64,000 nucleotides of DNA from Mobula hypostoma (Eukaryota). This document shows, one piece after another, positions 24,501 to 37,294 of the stretch. Made by a program: the position numbers and the translations under genes. The stretch covers positions 116,500,001 through 116,564,000 of the forward strand of contig NC_086108.1 of assembly GCF_963921235.1 (NCBI RefSeq). The letters run 5' to 3'. The first letter of the stretch is position 1, and each line of letters begins with the position of its first letter. Under the pieces are notes generated by a model. It was not told the origin of the DNA. It did no database searches and saw only the letters and a program-made list of their open reading frames with translations.

Positions 24501-25477
24501 AGATCAAAGAAACATTTTAAGCAACAGCCTTTTGGTACCTAACACGTTTCAATGTGAAGGATCAAGCATTCAAACTCTTCATCATTATTTTGGCATAACT
24601 GGCAAAATATTCTGCATTTAACAGATGAGCTTTGATTTTGTTGATAGCAGATATTACATGGGTCATGTTTGAAAAACGTTGCTGGCTGAGGCTTTTTGCT
24701 GCAAGATTTTGATGATGGATTGCAAAAAGACTTGGAATTACTATTTTCATAAATGCCACTGTACCAGCATGGCAACCTGTCGTATACGCTGCTCCATCCG
24801 TTGCACAAAAAATCATGTTCCTAATTGGAATACTTTTATCCTCAATATACATTTTGAGCTTGCTGTAGATTGATTCTCCATTGATATTTGTTTTTAACAT
24901 TTTACAAAAGAGAATCTCTTCATAAACTTTTCCATTTTTGATAAACTGTACATATGGCATTGGCAATGCCTCGTTGTCTCACACAGTTGACTCATCCAGT
25001 TGTATCCCAAGTTCTGTTTTTTTGTAGCTCTGTGCATAGTTGATACTCAATGTCTGCACTCAATACGATGAGCTACAGAGTTATTACACAGGAACTGATT
25101 TTAAAATACTGGTATGCGTTTTGAGAACAGTGGTAAGCACTTCTGATACAGCAGGCATTATTAACCTTTTACCAGTTGTCTGAGATTTTCCACGCTTTGC
25201 TATCATTTTGGAAATGTTATAGGAAGCAATGAGACCACTCTCAAGGTCATTTTAAGCTTCCTTGGCAAAACACTCGGGTGTGCAATGCTTTTCAAATGCT
25301 CCCTTCATCTTCCGGAACTGCTAGGTAACGTTGTATTGGTGCACTTTCAGTAGTTTCTGTTTCTTAGCAGGATTAGAATTCAAGGCTTCTCCACCTTCAG
25401 ACTCATAGATCGCATCATAAGTATTTATTGATCATAAATGGGTCAAATTAACATAAAGAATTAACACAAACTGGGAA

Positions 25478-25680
25478 CAACAGGAATTCTGCAGATGCTG
25501 GAAATTCAAGCAACACACATCAAAGTTGCTGGTGAACGCAGCAGGTCAAGCAGCATCTATAGGAAGAGGCGCAGTCGACGTTTCAGGCCGAGACCCTTCG
25601 TCAGGACTAGAAACGTCGACTGCGCCTCTTCCTATAGATGCTGCTTGGCCTGCTGCGTTCACCAGCAACTTTGATGTGTG
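25478..25680 (-). mobile_element. Penelope-like pLTR-only insertion with inverted partial pLTR (fold-back)
   Basis: 16-bp TSD TAACACAAACTGGGAA (25462-25477, 25681-25696). 72-bp inverted arms at 25513-25584 and 25610-25681. Confidence 0.9.
25573..25608 (-). ncRNA. Minimal type I hammerhead ribozyme motif (Penelope pLTR type)
   Basis: AGUC-CUGACGA-A-GGGU(CUCG)GCCU-GAAAC-GUC^GACU: full core, stem I AGUC/GACU, palindromic ACGU stem III. Activity untested. Confidence 0.8.
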
Positions 25681-26439
25681 TAACACAAACTGGGAATGCC
25701 TATTGGCTGTTGATGGCAGAGAGTTGACACAGATGGAACGATGGTTGTGGCACACAAAGGAATGACGAGGCGAAGATGAAGACAATCACAACAGTAAACT
25801 TTATGTTGACAAGGATTCAGATTGGAATTTGAATGTTAGTTGGAATAAAGTTGGTATTCAGCAAGCCTTTATATTACCTTTATATTATTCTAGTTTATAT
25901 GGTTGACCAATCACATAAGGTCTCATAATCCCTGAAGATGGTTCTTGACCACACATATGAAGCTGAGGTTGCTTTGAGATCCTGAGGAATCTTCGGGGGC
26001 GGCAGGTTCTATTTTGGCATTTGGTTCTGGCTAGAGAAAGCTGAGAGGGTGTGCTTGACTTAACTACTGTTAAATTGCACAAGCTCATTCTGTGCTGCAA
26101 ATTCAAGGGGAACTGTTGGGTACTCTGGTAGCTTATTTTGCATCCCCAATGATGTCTGTTTGTTTGATAGATAAGGTCAGATGAGATCACTGAGTTTCAG
26201 ATGTGTTGTGTTGATGCGTGCTTACCACCTGTAGAGCTATCATTCTTCCTGCTTTCCAGTGCCTCATCCCTTTATTTGGAAGTGCCTGTTCTATTAATGG
26301 TTGGTCAGGTCTCATGCCTCAAGTTAGGGTGCTGCCTACTGCCCCCCCCCCCACCCACAATAATCCTGAATGCCCTCCGACAACTTCCATTTCTCCTAAC
26401 ACCCCCTTAGGAGACGTAACTACCTCTGTTGGGATTCAC

Positions 26440-26752
26440 TGATATAGATGACAAACAACAATGGACCCAGCACCGATCCCTGCAGCACTCCACTATTTAC
26501 AGGCCTCCAGGCACCTACCAAACTCTCAACTTCTCCCACAATGCTAATGCCCGATCCAATTTTACTACCTCATCTTGAATGCGGAGTGACTGAACCTTCT
26601 TGACCAGCCTCTCAAGCATTGTCAAATGCCTTGCTAAAGTCCACGTAGACACTTCCACTGCCTTGCCTTCATCCACTCTCCTGGTAACTTTCTTGAAAAA
26701 CTCTACAAGATTGGTTAGACATGACCTACCATGCACAAAGCTGTGCTGACTT
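26440..26752 (-). mobile_element. Degenerate CR1 RT fragment
   Basis: QHSFVHGRSCLTNLVEFF...VDEGKAV. Confidence 0.8.
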
Positions 26753-27019
26753 GTGAACACAGGACTGAAGGTGTTTATATTTGACTATGTGTAGTAAATG
26801 GAATAAAGTAGATGAACTTGTAGCACACTTACAGATTGGCATGCTGTATGATGTTGTAGGCGTCACTGAATCATAGCTGAATGAGGATTATAGCTGGTAG
26901 CTTAATGTCCAGGGATACACATTGTATTGAAAGGACAGGCAAGAAGGCGAAGAGGGTGGCCTTGCTCTGTTGGTTAAAAAACGAAATCAAGTCATTAGAA
27001 AGAGGTGACGTAGGGTCAG

Positions 27020-27413
27020 GCATTAGGCAGGTGGGCCTCATCAGCCTTGGACAGCATCCCACCTAGGAGAAGGAAAACTCTGGTTTTAAACCTCTGCTGC
27101 CTTGTGGCCATACCTACCCATGGGAAAGGCTTCGGGAGTAAACCCTGGGGAAGAAATCCCAAGCCGGAGTCCCTGAGGCTGTTCAATGTTGTTTTCAACT
27201 TCACTCTGGCAACCTCTGCGATGACACTGGTACCAAGCTGTATCGGCGCTTGCCCTTCCCTTGGACTATATCGGAGACGTGGAGAGGGGGAACCCGCTGC
27301 ATGGGCTGCAGCCGGTTCTTCAAACCTTCCCGCCCAGGCTTGCACTCTGGAGAGGACGCAGTCCACCAGAGGCACAAACCCACGATCCCCTGGGATCGAC
27401 GGCTACCAACTAC
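27020..27413 (+). mobile_element. 394-bp non-autonomous retroposon, probably RTE-related
   Basis: 9-bp TSD TAGGGTCAG (27011-27019, 27414-27422); RTE-5'-like CTAGGAGAAGGAAAACTC; 3' hairpin CGATCCC-CT-GGGATCG and a short TAC/AAC tail; no recognisable ORF. Confidence 0.65.
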
Positions 27414-29324
27414 TAGGGTCAGAAGGTGTTGAATCATTGTGGTTAGAATTGAGAGCTACAGAGACCCTCAAGGATGAGGTCTACAAATTACAACAGGAAA
27501 TAGAAAATACATGACAAAAGAGCAATATTACGATAGTCATGCAGAATTTCAATATTCAGGTAGATTGAGAAGTCAGGTTAATGCTGGATTCCAAGAGGGG
27601 TTTTTTCTAGAGTGCCTATGAGATGACTTTTTAGAGCAACTCATGGTTGAGCCCACTAGAGGATCAGCTATTTTTGACTGGGTGTTTTGCAATGAGCCAG
27701 AATTAATTAAAGAGCTTAAGGTAAAAGAACCCTTAATAATATGATTGAATTCACCCTGAAATTTGAGAAGGAGAAGCTAAAGTCAGATGTATCAATATTA
27801 CAGTGGAGTAAAGGGAATTGCAGAGGTATGAGAAAGGAGTTGGTCAGAGATGATTGGAAAAGAACACTGACAGGGTTGACAGCAGAGAAATAATGGTTGG
27901 AATTTCTGGAAGCAAATCCAAAGGCACAGGATAGAGGAAGAAGTATTCTAAAGGCAAGATGACACAACCATGGCTAACAGGAGAAGTTAAAGCCAACATA
28001 AAAGTCAAAGAGAGGGCATATAATAAAGCAAAAATTAGCTTTTTAGAACCAACAGAAGGCAATGAAAAAGTCACTAACAAGGTTAAGATGGAATACAAAA
28101 GTAAGCTAGCTGACAATATTAAAAATGATACCAAAAGTTTCTTCAGATACTGTACCTAAAGTGTAAAAGAGGTAAAAATGGATATCAGACTTCTGGAAAT
28201 GACGCTGGAGAGGTAGTAATAGGGGATAAGGAAATGCTGGATGAATGTAATAAGTATTTTGCATCAGTCTTCACTTGTGGAAGACACTAGCAGTATGGTG
28301 AAAGTTCCAGGGGTTAGGGGTCATGAAGTGTGTGAAGTTACCATTACTAGGAGAAAGTTCTTGGCAAACTGAAAGGACTGAATGTAGATAAGTCACCTGG
28401 ACCAGATGGTGTACACCACAGAGTTCTGAAAGAGGTGGATGAAGAGATCGTGGAGGCATCAGTAATAATCTTTCAGGAATCACTAGATTCTAGAATGGTT
28501 CTGGAAGACAGAAAAACTGCAAATGTCACTCCACTCTTCAGGAAGGGAGAGAGGCAGAAGAAAGTTAGTCTGCTTCAGTGGTTGAGAAGATATTAGAGTT
28601 GATTGTTAAGGATACTTGGAGGCACATGATAAAATAGGTCATAGTCAGCATAACTTGTCTGACAAATTTGCTGGAATTCTTTGAAGAAATAAAAAGCAGG
28701 ATGGACAAAGGAGAATCAGTTGATGTTGTGTACTTGGATTTTCAGAAGGCCTTTGACAAGGTGCCACACATGAGGCTGTTTAACAAGCTACGAGCCCGTG
28801 GTATTACGGGAAAGATCCTAGCATGGATAAAACAGTGGCTGATGGGCAGCAGGCAAAGAGCGGGAATAAAGGGAGCCTTTTCTGGCTGGCTGCCAGTGAC
28901 TCATAGTGTTCCAAAGAGCTCTGTGATGAGACCAATTTTTTTTTTACAATATATGTCAATAATTTGAATGATGGAATTGATAGTTTTATTGCAAAGTTTA
29001 TGGTAGTTTTGGAGAAGCAGGGAGGCTACAGGAGGACTTAGACAGATTAGAAAAATGAGCAAAGAAGTTTCAGATGGAATACAGTGTCAGGAAATGTGTG
29101 GTCAGGCATCTTGGCAGATGAAAGGGTTGACTATTTTCTAAATGGAGAGAAAATACAAAAAACTGAGGTGCAAAGGGACTTAGGAGTCCTTGTGTAGGAT
29201 TACCTAAAGGTTAATTTGCAGATTGAGTCTGTGATGAGGAAGGCAATTGAGATGTTAACGTTAATTTCTAGAGGACTAGAATATAAATGCAAGGGTGCAA
29301 AGTTGAGACGAGTGAGGATTCACT

Positions 29325-30120
29325 TCAGAATCAGAATCAGAATCAGGTTTATTAACACCAGAATGTGTTGTGAAATTTGTTAACTTGGCAGCATCAGTTC
29401 AATGCAATACATAATACAGAAGAAAAAAAACAAAATAAAATAATAATAAATATATAAATAAATAAATTACAGTATACATATATTGAATAGATTAAAATCA
29501 TGCAAAAATGGAAATTATATATATTTAAAATGTGAAGTAGTGTCCGTGGGTTCAATGTCCATTTAGGAATCAGATGGCAGAGGGGAAGAAGCTGTTCCTG
29601 AATCGCTGAGTGTGTGCCTTCAGGCTTCTGTACTCCTTCCTGATGGCAACAGCGAGAAAAGGCCATGCCCTGGGTGCTGGAGGTCCTTATTAATGGACAA
29701 TGCCTTTCTGAGACATCACTTCCTGAAGATTTGCTGGGTACTTTACAGGCTAGTACCCAAGATGGAGCTGACCAGATTTACAATCCTCTGCAGCTTCTTT
29801 CGATCCTATGCAGTAGCACCAACCCCCCATACCAGACAGTGATGCAGCCTGTCAGAATGCTCTCCACAGTACAACTATAGAAGTTTTTGAGTGTATTTGT
29901 GACATGTCAAATCTCTTCAAACTCCTAATGATATACAGACACTGTTTTGCCTTCTTTATAACTACATCGTTATGTTGGGACCAGGTTAGATCCTTAGAGA
30001 TCTTGACACCCAGGAACTTGGAGCTGCTCACTCTCTCCACTTCTGATCCCTCTATGAGGATTGGTATCTGTTCATTTGTCTTACCCTATCGGCAGTCCAC
30101 AATCAGCTCTTTTGTCTTTG
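29325..30120 (-). mobile_element. Rex1/Babar 3' fragment
   Basis: (CAGAAT)n tail; KFLGVKISKDLTWSQH; close to 23640-24395. Confidence 0.9.
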
Positions 30121-30544
30121 AATAGCCTTGATAGAGTGGATGTGGAGAGGACGTTTCCTATGGTGGGAGAGTAGTACCAGAGAGTACAGCCTCAGGAAAA
30201 TCGGGTGTCCTTTTAGAATGGAGATGAAGAGGAATTAATTGAGCCAGACAGTGGTGCATCTGTGGAATGTGTTGCCATAGACAGCTGTGGAGGCCAAGTA
30301 TTTATGTATATTTAAGGCAGCAGTTGATAGATTCTTGATTGGTCAGGACATGAAGGGATATGGAGGGCGGGATGGGGAGGAAGGCAGGAGATTGGCACTG
30401 AGAAGAAAATTATATCAGCCATGATGAAATGGCAGAACAAACTCAGTGGTCCAAATGTCCCAATTCTGCTCCAATATCTTATGTCTTTCCAAATACTTAT
30501 ATATCTGGTCCCTTGGAATACCTTTCAATAACTTTGTCACAACT

Positions 30545-33325
30545 TGGTACATATTGGTACATAAAAATTGGTACCAATGACATAGAAACATAGAAACATA
30601 GAAAATAGGTGCAGGAGTAGGCCATTCGGCCCTTCAAGACTGCACCGCCATTCAGTATGATCATGGCTGATCATCCAACTCAGAACCCTGTACCAGCCTT
30701 CCCTCCATACCCCCGATCCCTCTAGCCACAAGGGACAAATCTAATTCCCTCTTAAATATAGCCAATGAACTGGCCTCAACTGTTTCCTGTGGCAGAGAAA
30801 TCCACAGATTCACCACCCACTGTGTGAAGAAGCTTTTCCTAATCTCGGTCCTAAAAGGCTTCCCCTTTATCCTCAATCTGTGACCCTTCGTTCTGGACTT
30901 CCCCAACATCGGGAACAATCTTCCTGCATCTAGCCTGTCCAATCCCTTCAGGATTTTATATGTTTCAATAAGATCCCCCTCAATCTTCTAAATTCCTACG
31001 AGCATAAGCCTAGTCGATCCAGTCTTTCATCATATGAAAGTCCTGCCATCCCAGGAATCAATCTGGTGAACCTTCTTTGTACTCCCTCTATGGCAAAGAT
31101 GTCTTTCCTCAGATTAGGGGACTAAAACTGCACACAATACTCCAGGTGTGGTCTCACCAAGGCCTTGTACAACTGCAGTAGTACCTCCCTGCTCCTGTAC
31201 TCGAATCCTCTCGCTATAAATGCCAGCATACCGTTCACCTTTTTCACCGCCTGCTGTACCTGCATGCCAACTTTCAATGACTGGTGTATAATGACACCCA
31301 GGTCTCGTTGCACCTCCCCTTTTCCTAATCGGCCACCATTCAGATAATAATCTGTTTTCCTGTTTTTGCCACCAAAGTGGATAACTTCACATTTATCCAC
31401 ATTAAATTGCATCTGCCATGAATTTGCCCACTCACCCAACCTATCCAAGTCACCCTGCATCCTCTTAGCATCCTCCTCACAGCTAACACTGCCGCCCAGC
31501 TTCGTGTCATCTGCATATTTGGAGATGCTGCATTTAATTCCCTCATCTAAGTCATTAATATATATTGTAAACAACTGGGGTCCCAGCACTGAGCCTTGCA
31601 GTACCCCACTAGTCACTGCCTGCCATTCTGAAAAGGTCTTGTTTACTCCCACTCTTTGCTTCCTGTCTGCCAACCAATTCTCTATCCACATCAATACCTT
31701 ACCCCCAATACCTTGTGCTTTAAAGTTTGCATACTAATCTCCTGTGTGGTACCTTGTCAAAAGCCTTTTGAAAATCCAAATATATCACATACACTGGTTC
31801 TCCCTTATCCACTCTACTAGTTACATCCTCAAAAAATTCTTTGAGAGTCGTCAGATATGATTTACCTTTCACAAATCCATGCTGACTTTGTCCGATGATT
31901 TCACCGCTTTCCAAATGTGCTGTTATCACATCTTTGATAACTGACTCTAGCATTTTCCCCACCACCGATGTCAGGCTAACCGGTCTATAATTCCCCGGTT
32001 TCTCTCTCCCTCCTTTTTTAAAAAGTGGGGTTACATTAGCCACCCTCCAATCCTCAGGAACTAATCCAGAATCTAAAGAGTCTTGAAAAATTATCACTAA
32101 TGATTCCACTATTTCTTTGGCTACTTCCTTAAGCACTCTGGGATGCAGAACATCTGGCCCTGGGGATTTTATCTGCCTTTAATCCCTTCAATTTACTTAA
32201 CACCACTTCCCTACGAACATGTATTTCGCTCAGTTCCTCCATCTCACTGGACCCTCTGTCCCCTACTATTTCCGGAAGATTATTTATGTCCTCCTTAGTG
32301 AAGACAGAACCAAAGTAATTATTCAATTGGTCTGCCATGTCCTTGCTCCCCATAATCAATTCACCTGTTTCTGTCTGTAGGGGACCTACATTTGTCTTAA
32401 CCAATTTTTTTCTTTTCACATATCTATAAAAGCTTTTACAGTCAGTTTTTATCTTCCCTGCCAGTTTTATCTCATAATCTTTTTTCCCTTTCCTAATTAA
32501 GCCCTTTGTCCTCCTCTGCTGGACTCTGAATTTCTCCTCAGGTGAGCCGCTTTTTCTGGCTAATTTGTATGCTTCTTCTTTGGAATTGATACTATCCCTA
32601 ATTTCTCTTGTCAGCCACGGGTGCACTACCTTCCCTGATTTATTCTTTTGCCAAACTGGAATGAACAATTGTTGTAGTTCATCCATGCGATCTTTAAATG
32701 CCTGCCATTGCAGATCCACCATCAACCCTTTAAGTATCATTTGCCAGTCTATCTTAGCTAATTCACATCTTATACCTTCAAAGTTACCCTTCTTTAAGTT
32801 CAGAACCTTTGTTCCTGAATTAACTATATCACTCTCCATCTTAATGAAGAATTCCACCATATTATGGTCACTCTTACCCAAGGGGCCTCTCATGACAAGA
32901 TTGCTAATTAACCATAGGCAGGAAAAAGGAGGAGGTTCTGAAAGCAGACTACAGGGCGTTAGGAAGGGAGTTGAGAAGCAGGACCACGAAGGTAGTAATC
33001 TCAGGATTACTGCCTCTGCCACATGACAGTGAGTATAGGAATAGATTGAGGTGGAGGATAAATGCGTGGCTGAGGGATTGGAGTGGGGGCTGGGATTCAG
33101 TTTTCTGGATCATTGGCACCTCTTCTGGGGTAGGAGTGACCTGTACAAAAAGGACAGGTTGCACTTGAATCCCAGGGGGACCAATATCCTGGCGGGGAGG
33201 ATTTTTAACGCTATTGGGGAGAGTTTAAACTAGCATTGCTGGGGGGTGGAAATTAAATTGAAGAGACGGAGGAAGAGGTGGTTAGCTCACAAACAGAGAA
33301 AGCTTGGAGACAGTGCAAGAGAGAC
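30545..33325 (+). mobile_element. CR1 ORF1 esterase fragment split by an antisense CR1
   Basis: IGTND at about 30567-30581 continues at 32913 with IGRKKEEVL...VVISGLLP, then DRLHLN. Confidence 0.8.
30586..32912 (-). mobile_element. 5'-truncated CR1 (linker-RT-3' end), relatively young
   Basis: ORFs 32129..33022, 31720..32136, 31122..31694 and 30661..30942; (ATAGAAAC)n tail; TSD CATAG (30581-30585, 32913-32917). Confidence 0.94.
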
Positions 33326-33379
33326 TTGGATGGCTCAGGGGCAGGAATGGTTACTTTGAGTAACCATTCCCGCCCCTGA

Positions 33380-34823
33380 ATGGTACCGGAGGATTGGAGG
33401 GAGGCGAATGTTGTCCCCTTGTTCAAAAAAGGTAGTAGGGATAGTCCGGGTAATTATAGACCAGTGAGACTTACGTCTGTGGTGGGAAACCTGATGGAAA
33501 AGATTCTTAGAGATAGGATCTATAGGCATTTAGAGAATCATGGTCTGATCAGGGACAGTCAGCATGGTTTTGTGAAGGGCAAATCGTGTCTAACAAGCCT
33601 GATAGAGTTCTTTGAGGAGGTGACCAGGCATATAGATGAGGTTAGTGCAGTGGATGTGATCTATATGGATTTTAGTAAGGCATTTGACAAGGTTCCACAC
33701 GGTAGGCTTATTCAGAAAGTTAGAAGGCATGGGATCCAGGGAAGTTTGGCCAGGTGGATTCAGAATTGGCTTGCCTGCAGAAGACAGAGGGTCGCGGTGG
33801 AGGGAGTACATTCAGATTGGAGGATTGTGACTAGTGGTGTTCCACAAGGATCTGTTCTGGGACCTCTATTTTTCGTGATTTTTATTAATGACTTGGATGT
33901 GGGGGTAGAAGGGTGGGTTGGCAAGTTTGCAGATGACACAAAGGTTGGTGGTGTTGTAAATAGTGTAGAGGATTGTCAAAGGTTGCAGAGAGACATTGAT
34001 AGGATGCAGGAGTGGGCTGAGAAGTGGCAGATGGAGTTCAACCCGGAGAAGTGTGAGGTGCTACACTTTGGAAGGACAAACTCCAAGGCAGAGTACAAAG
34101 TAAATGGCAGGATACTTAGTAGTGTGGAGGAGCAGAGGGATCTTGGGGTACATGTCCACAGATCCCTGAAAGTTGCCTCACAGGTGAATAGGGTAGTTAA
34201 GAAAGCTTATGGGGTGTTAGTTTTCGTAAGTCGAGGGATAGAGTTTAAGAGTCGCTGGGCAATGATGCAGCTCTATAAAACTCTGGTTAGGCCACACTTG
34301 GAGTACTGTGTCCAGTTCTGGTCACCTCACTATAGGAAGGATGTGGAAGCATTGGAAAGGGTACAGAGGAGATTTACCAGGATGCTGCCTGTTTTCGAAA
34401 TTATGGATTATGATCAGAGATTAAGGGAGCTAGGGCCTTACTCTTTGGAGAGAAGGAGGATGGGAGGAGACATGACAGAGGTGTACAAGATAATAAGAGG
34501 AATAGATAGAGTGGATAGTCAGCGCCTCTTCCCCAGGGCACCACTGCTCAATACAAGAGGACATGGCTTTAAGGTAAGGGGTGGGAAGTTCAAGGGGGAT
34601 ATTAGAGGAAGGTGTTTTACTCAGAGTGGTTGGTGCATGGAATGCACTGTCTGAATCAGTGGTGGATGCAGATACACTAGTGAAGTTTGAGAGACTACTA
34701 GACAGTTTTATGGAGGAATTTAAGATGGGGGCTTATATGGGAGGCAGGGTTTGAGGGTCGACACAACATTGTGGGCCGAAGGGCCTGTACTGTACTGTAC
34801 TATTCTGTGTTCTATGTTCTATG
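33380..34823 (+). mobile_element. 5'-truncated CR1 with a 424-aa uninterrupted RT segment
   Basis: ORF 33380..34654 (NYRPV, YMDFSKAFDKVPH, GVPQGSVLGP, KFADD); (TTCTATG)n tail. Confidence 0.95.
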
Positions 34824-35719
34824 AGTGCCAGGTTTAAGGTGTTTCAGAAAGGACAGGAGGAAGGCAAAAGAGGTCGGGGAGAGGCTGTATTGATCAGAGA
34901 TAGTATCATGGCTGCAGAAAAGGAGGAAATCATGGAGGGATTGTCTACGGAGACTCTGTGGGTGGAAGTTGGGAACAGGAAGGGTTCAGTAACTCCACTG
35001 GGTGTTTTTTTATAGACCACCCAATAGTGACAGGGACATTGAGGAGCAGATTAGGGAGACAGATTCTGGAAAGGTGTAATAATAACAGGATAGTTGTGGT
35101 GGGAGATTTTAATTTCCCAAATATCAATTGGCATCTCCCTAGAGTGAGGGGTTTAGATGGGGTTCGAGTTTGTTAGGTGCGTTCAAGAAGGTTTCTTGAC
35201 ACAATATGTAGATAACCCTATAAGAGGAGAGGCTGTACTTGAACTGGTATTGGGAAATGAACCTGGTCAGATGTCAGATCTGTCAGTGGGAGAGTATTTT
35301 GGAGATAGCGATCATAATTCTATCTCATTTACCATAGTATTGTAGAGTGATAGGAACAGACAATTCAGAAAAGCGTTTAATTGGAGTAAGGGGAATTATG
35401 AGGTGATGAGGCAGGAACTTGGAAGCATAAATTGGGAACAGATGTTCTCAGGGAAATGTATGGAAGAAATGCGGCAAATGTTCAGGGGATATTTGTGTGG
35501 AGTTCTGCATAGATATGTTCCAATGAGACAGGGAAAGGATGGTAGGGTACAGGAACTGTGGTATACAAAGGCTCTTATAAATCTAGTCAAGAAGTGAAGA
35601 AGAGCTTATGAAAGGTTCAAAAAAATTAGGTAATGACAGAGTTCTAGAAGATGATAAGGCTAGCAGGAAGGAGCTTAAGAATGAAGTGAAGTCAGGAGAG
35701 CCAGAAGAGGCTATGAGAA

Positions 35720-36258
35720 TAGTGTACAGTCTGGTCACCGAATTATAGAAAAGATGTCAATAAAATTGAGAGAGTACAGAGGATATTTACTAAAATGTTG
35801 CCTGGATTTCATTTCCTAAGTTACAGAGAAAGGTTGAACAAGTTAGGTCTTTATTCTTTGGAGCGTAGAAGGTTGAGGGGGGACTTGATAGAGGTGTTTA
35901 AAATTATGAGGGGGATAGATAGAGTTGACGTGAATACACCTTTTCCATTGAGAGTGGGGAAGATTCAAACAAGAGGACATGAGTTGAGAGTTAAAGGGCA
36001 AAAGTTTAGGGGTAACATGAGGGGGAACTTCTTTACTCAGAGAGTGGTAGCTGTGTGGAACGAGCTTCCAGCAGAAGTGGTTGAGGCAGGTTCAGTGTTG
36101 TCATTTAAGATTAAATTGGATAGCTATATGGACAGGAAAGGAATGGAAGCTTATGGGCTGAGTGCAGGTCGGTGGGACTAGGTGAGAGTAAGAGTTCGGC
36201 ACGGACTAGAAGGGCCAAGATGGCCTGCTTCCGTGCTGTAATTGTTATATGGTTATAT
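35720..36258 (+). mobile_element. CR1 3' fragment nested in a CR1
   Basis: ORF 35795..36181 (LYSLERRRLRGDLI...FFTQRVV); GGTTATA tail; host resumes at AGAAGGC. Confidence 0.88.
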
Positions 36259-37294
36259 AGAAGGCTTTGGCAGACAGGAATTAGGAAAACCCCAAGGCAT
36301 CCTACAAGCATGTGAAGAACAAAAGGATAAGACATGAGAGAATAGGACCAATCAAGTGTGACAGTGGAAAAGTGTGTATGGAACCAGAGGAGATAGCAAA
36401 GGTTCTTAATGAGTACTTTGCTTCAGTATTCACCACGGAAAAGGATCTTGGCGATTGTGGGGATGACTTACGGTAGACTAAAAAGCTTGTGCATGTAGAT
36501 ATTAAGAAAGAGGATGTGCTGGAGCGCTTTGGATCAAATTGAATATGTCACTGTGTCCGGATGAGATGTACCCCAGGCTACCGTGGGATGTGAGGGAGGA
36601 GATTCCTGAGGCTCTGGCAATGATTTTTGCATCAACAATGGGGACGGGAGAGGTTCTGGAAGATTGGGGGGTTGCAGATGTTGTTCCCTTCTTCAAGAAA
36701 GGGAGTAAAGATAGCCCAGAAAATTACAGACCAGTGAGTCTTACTTCTGTGTTTGGTAAGCTGATGGAGAAGATCCTGAGAGGCAGGATTTATGAACATT
36801 TGGAGAGGCATAATATGATTAGAAATGGTCAACATGGCTTTGTGAAAGGCAGGTCGTGCCTTACAAGCCTGATTGTAGATGGGTCATATTCGGCTTGGAA
36901 GTCAGTGACCAGTGGAGTGCCTCAGGGATCTGTTCTGCGAGTCCTGTTCTTCATGATGTTTATGAATGATCTGGATGAAGAAGTGGAGGCATGTGTTAGT
37001 AAATTTGCTGATGACACAACGGTTGGGGGTGTTGTGGATAGTGTGAAGGGTTGTCAGAGGTTATAGTGGGACATTGATAAGATGCAAAACTGGTCTGAGA
37101 AGTGGCAGATGGAGTTCAATCCAGAAAAGTGTGAAGTGGTTCATCTTGGTAAGTCAAATATGATGGCAGGATATAGTATTAATGGTAAGACTCTGGGCAG
37201 TGCGGAGGATCAGAGGTGCATAGGTTGACTGTGGTTAAGAAAGCATACGGTGCATTGGCCTTCATCAATCGTGGGATTGAGTTTAAGAGCCGAG

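Larger units (their letters stand above)
15040..25460 (-). mobile_element. Fossil hAT DNA transposon (Charlie/Buster-like transposase), split by a nested retroelement stack at about 15876-24395
   Basis: C-terminal dimerisation-like PGLWRRAKLLFITFSSSYLVERDFSAV near 15400-15480. N-terminal GIQLDESTV near 24990 and EEILFC...CATDGAA (24562..24966). TIRs and TSD not resolved. Confidence 0.8.
26760..30485 (+). mobile_element. Old CR1 LINE (EN to 3' end), interrupted by a short retroposon and by Rex1
   Basis: Endonuclease start near 26770, RT 28668..28967 (YLDFQKAFDKVPH), 3' end near 30480. Confidence 0.87.

Noticed and set aside
15040..25460. Domesticated ZBED8/SCAND3-like host gene
   Set aside because: It has many stops and frameshifts and an 8.5-kb nested insertion, so it is a transposon fossil.
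27020..27075. HDV-like ribozyme at the 5' end of the RTE-like insert
   Set aside because: P2-like and P3-like pairings exist, but only about 11 nt remain for P1', P4 and J4/2, so a complete fold cannot be built.
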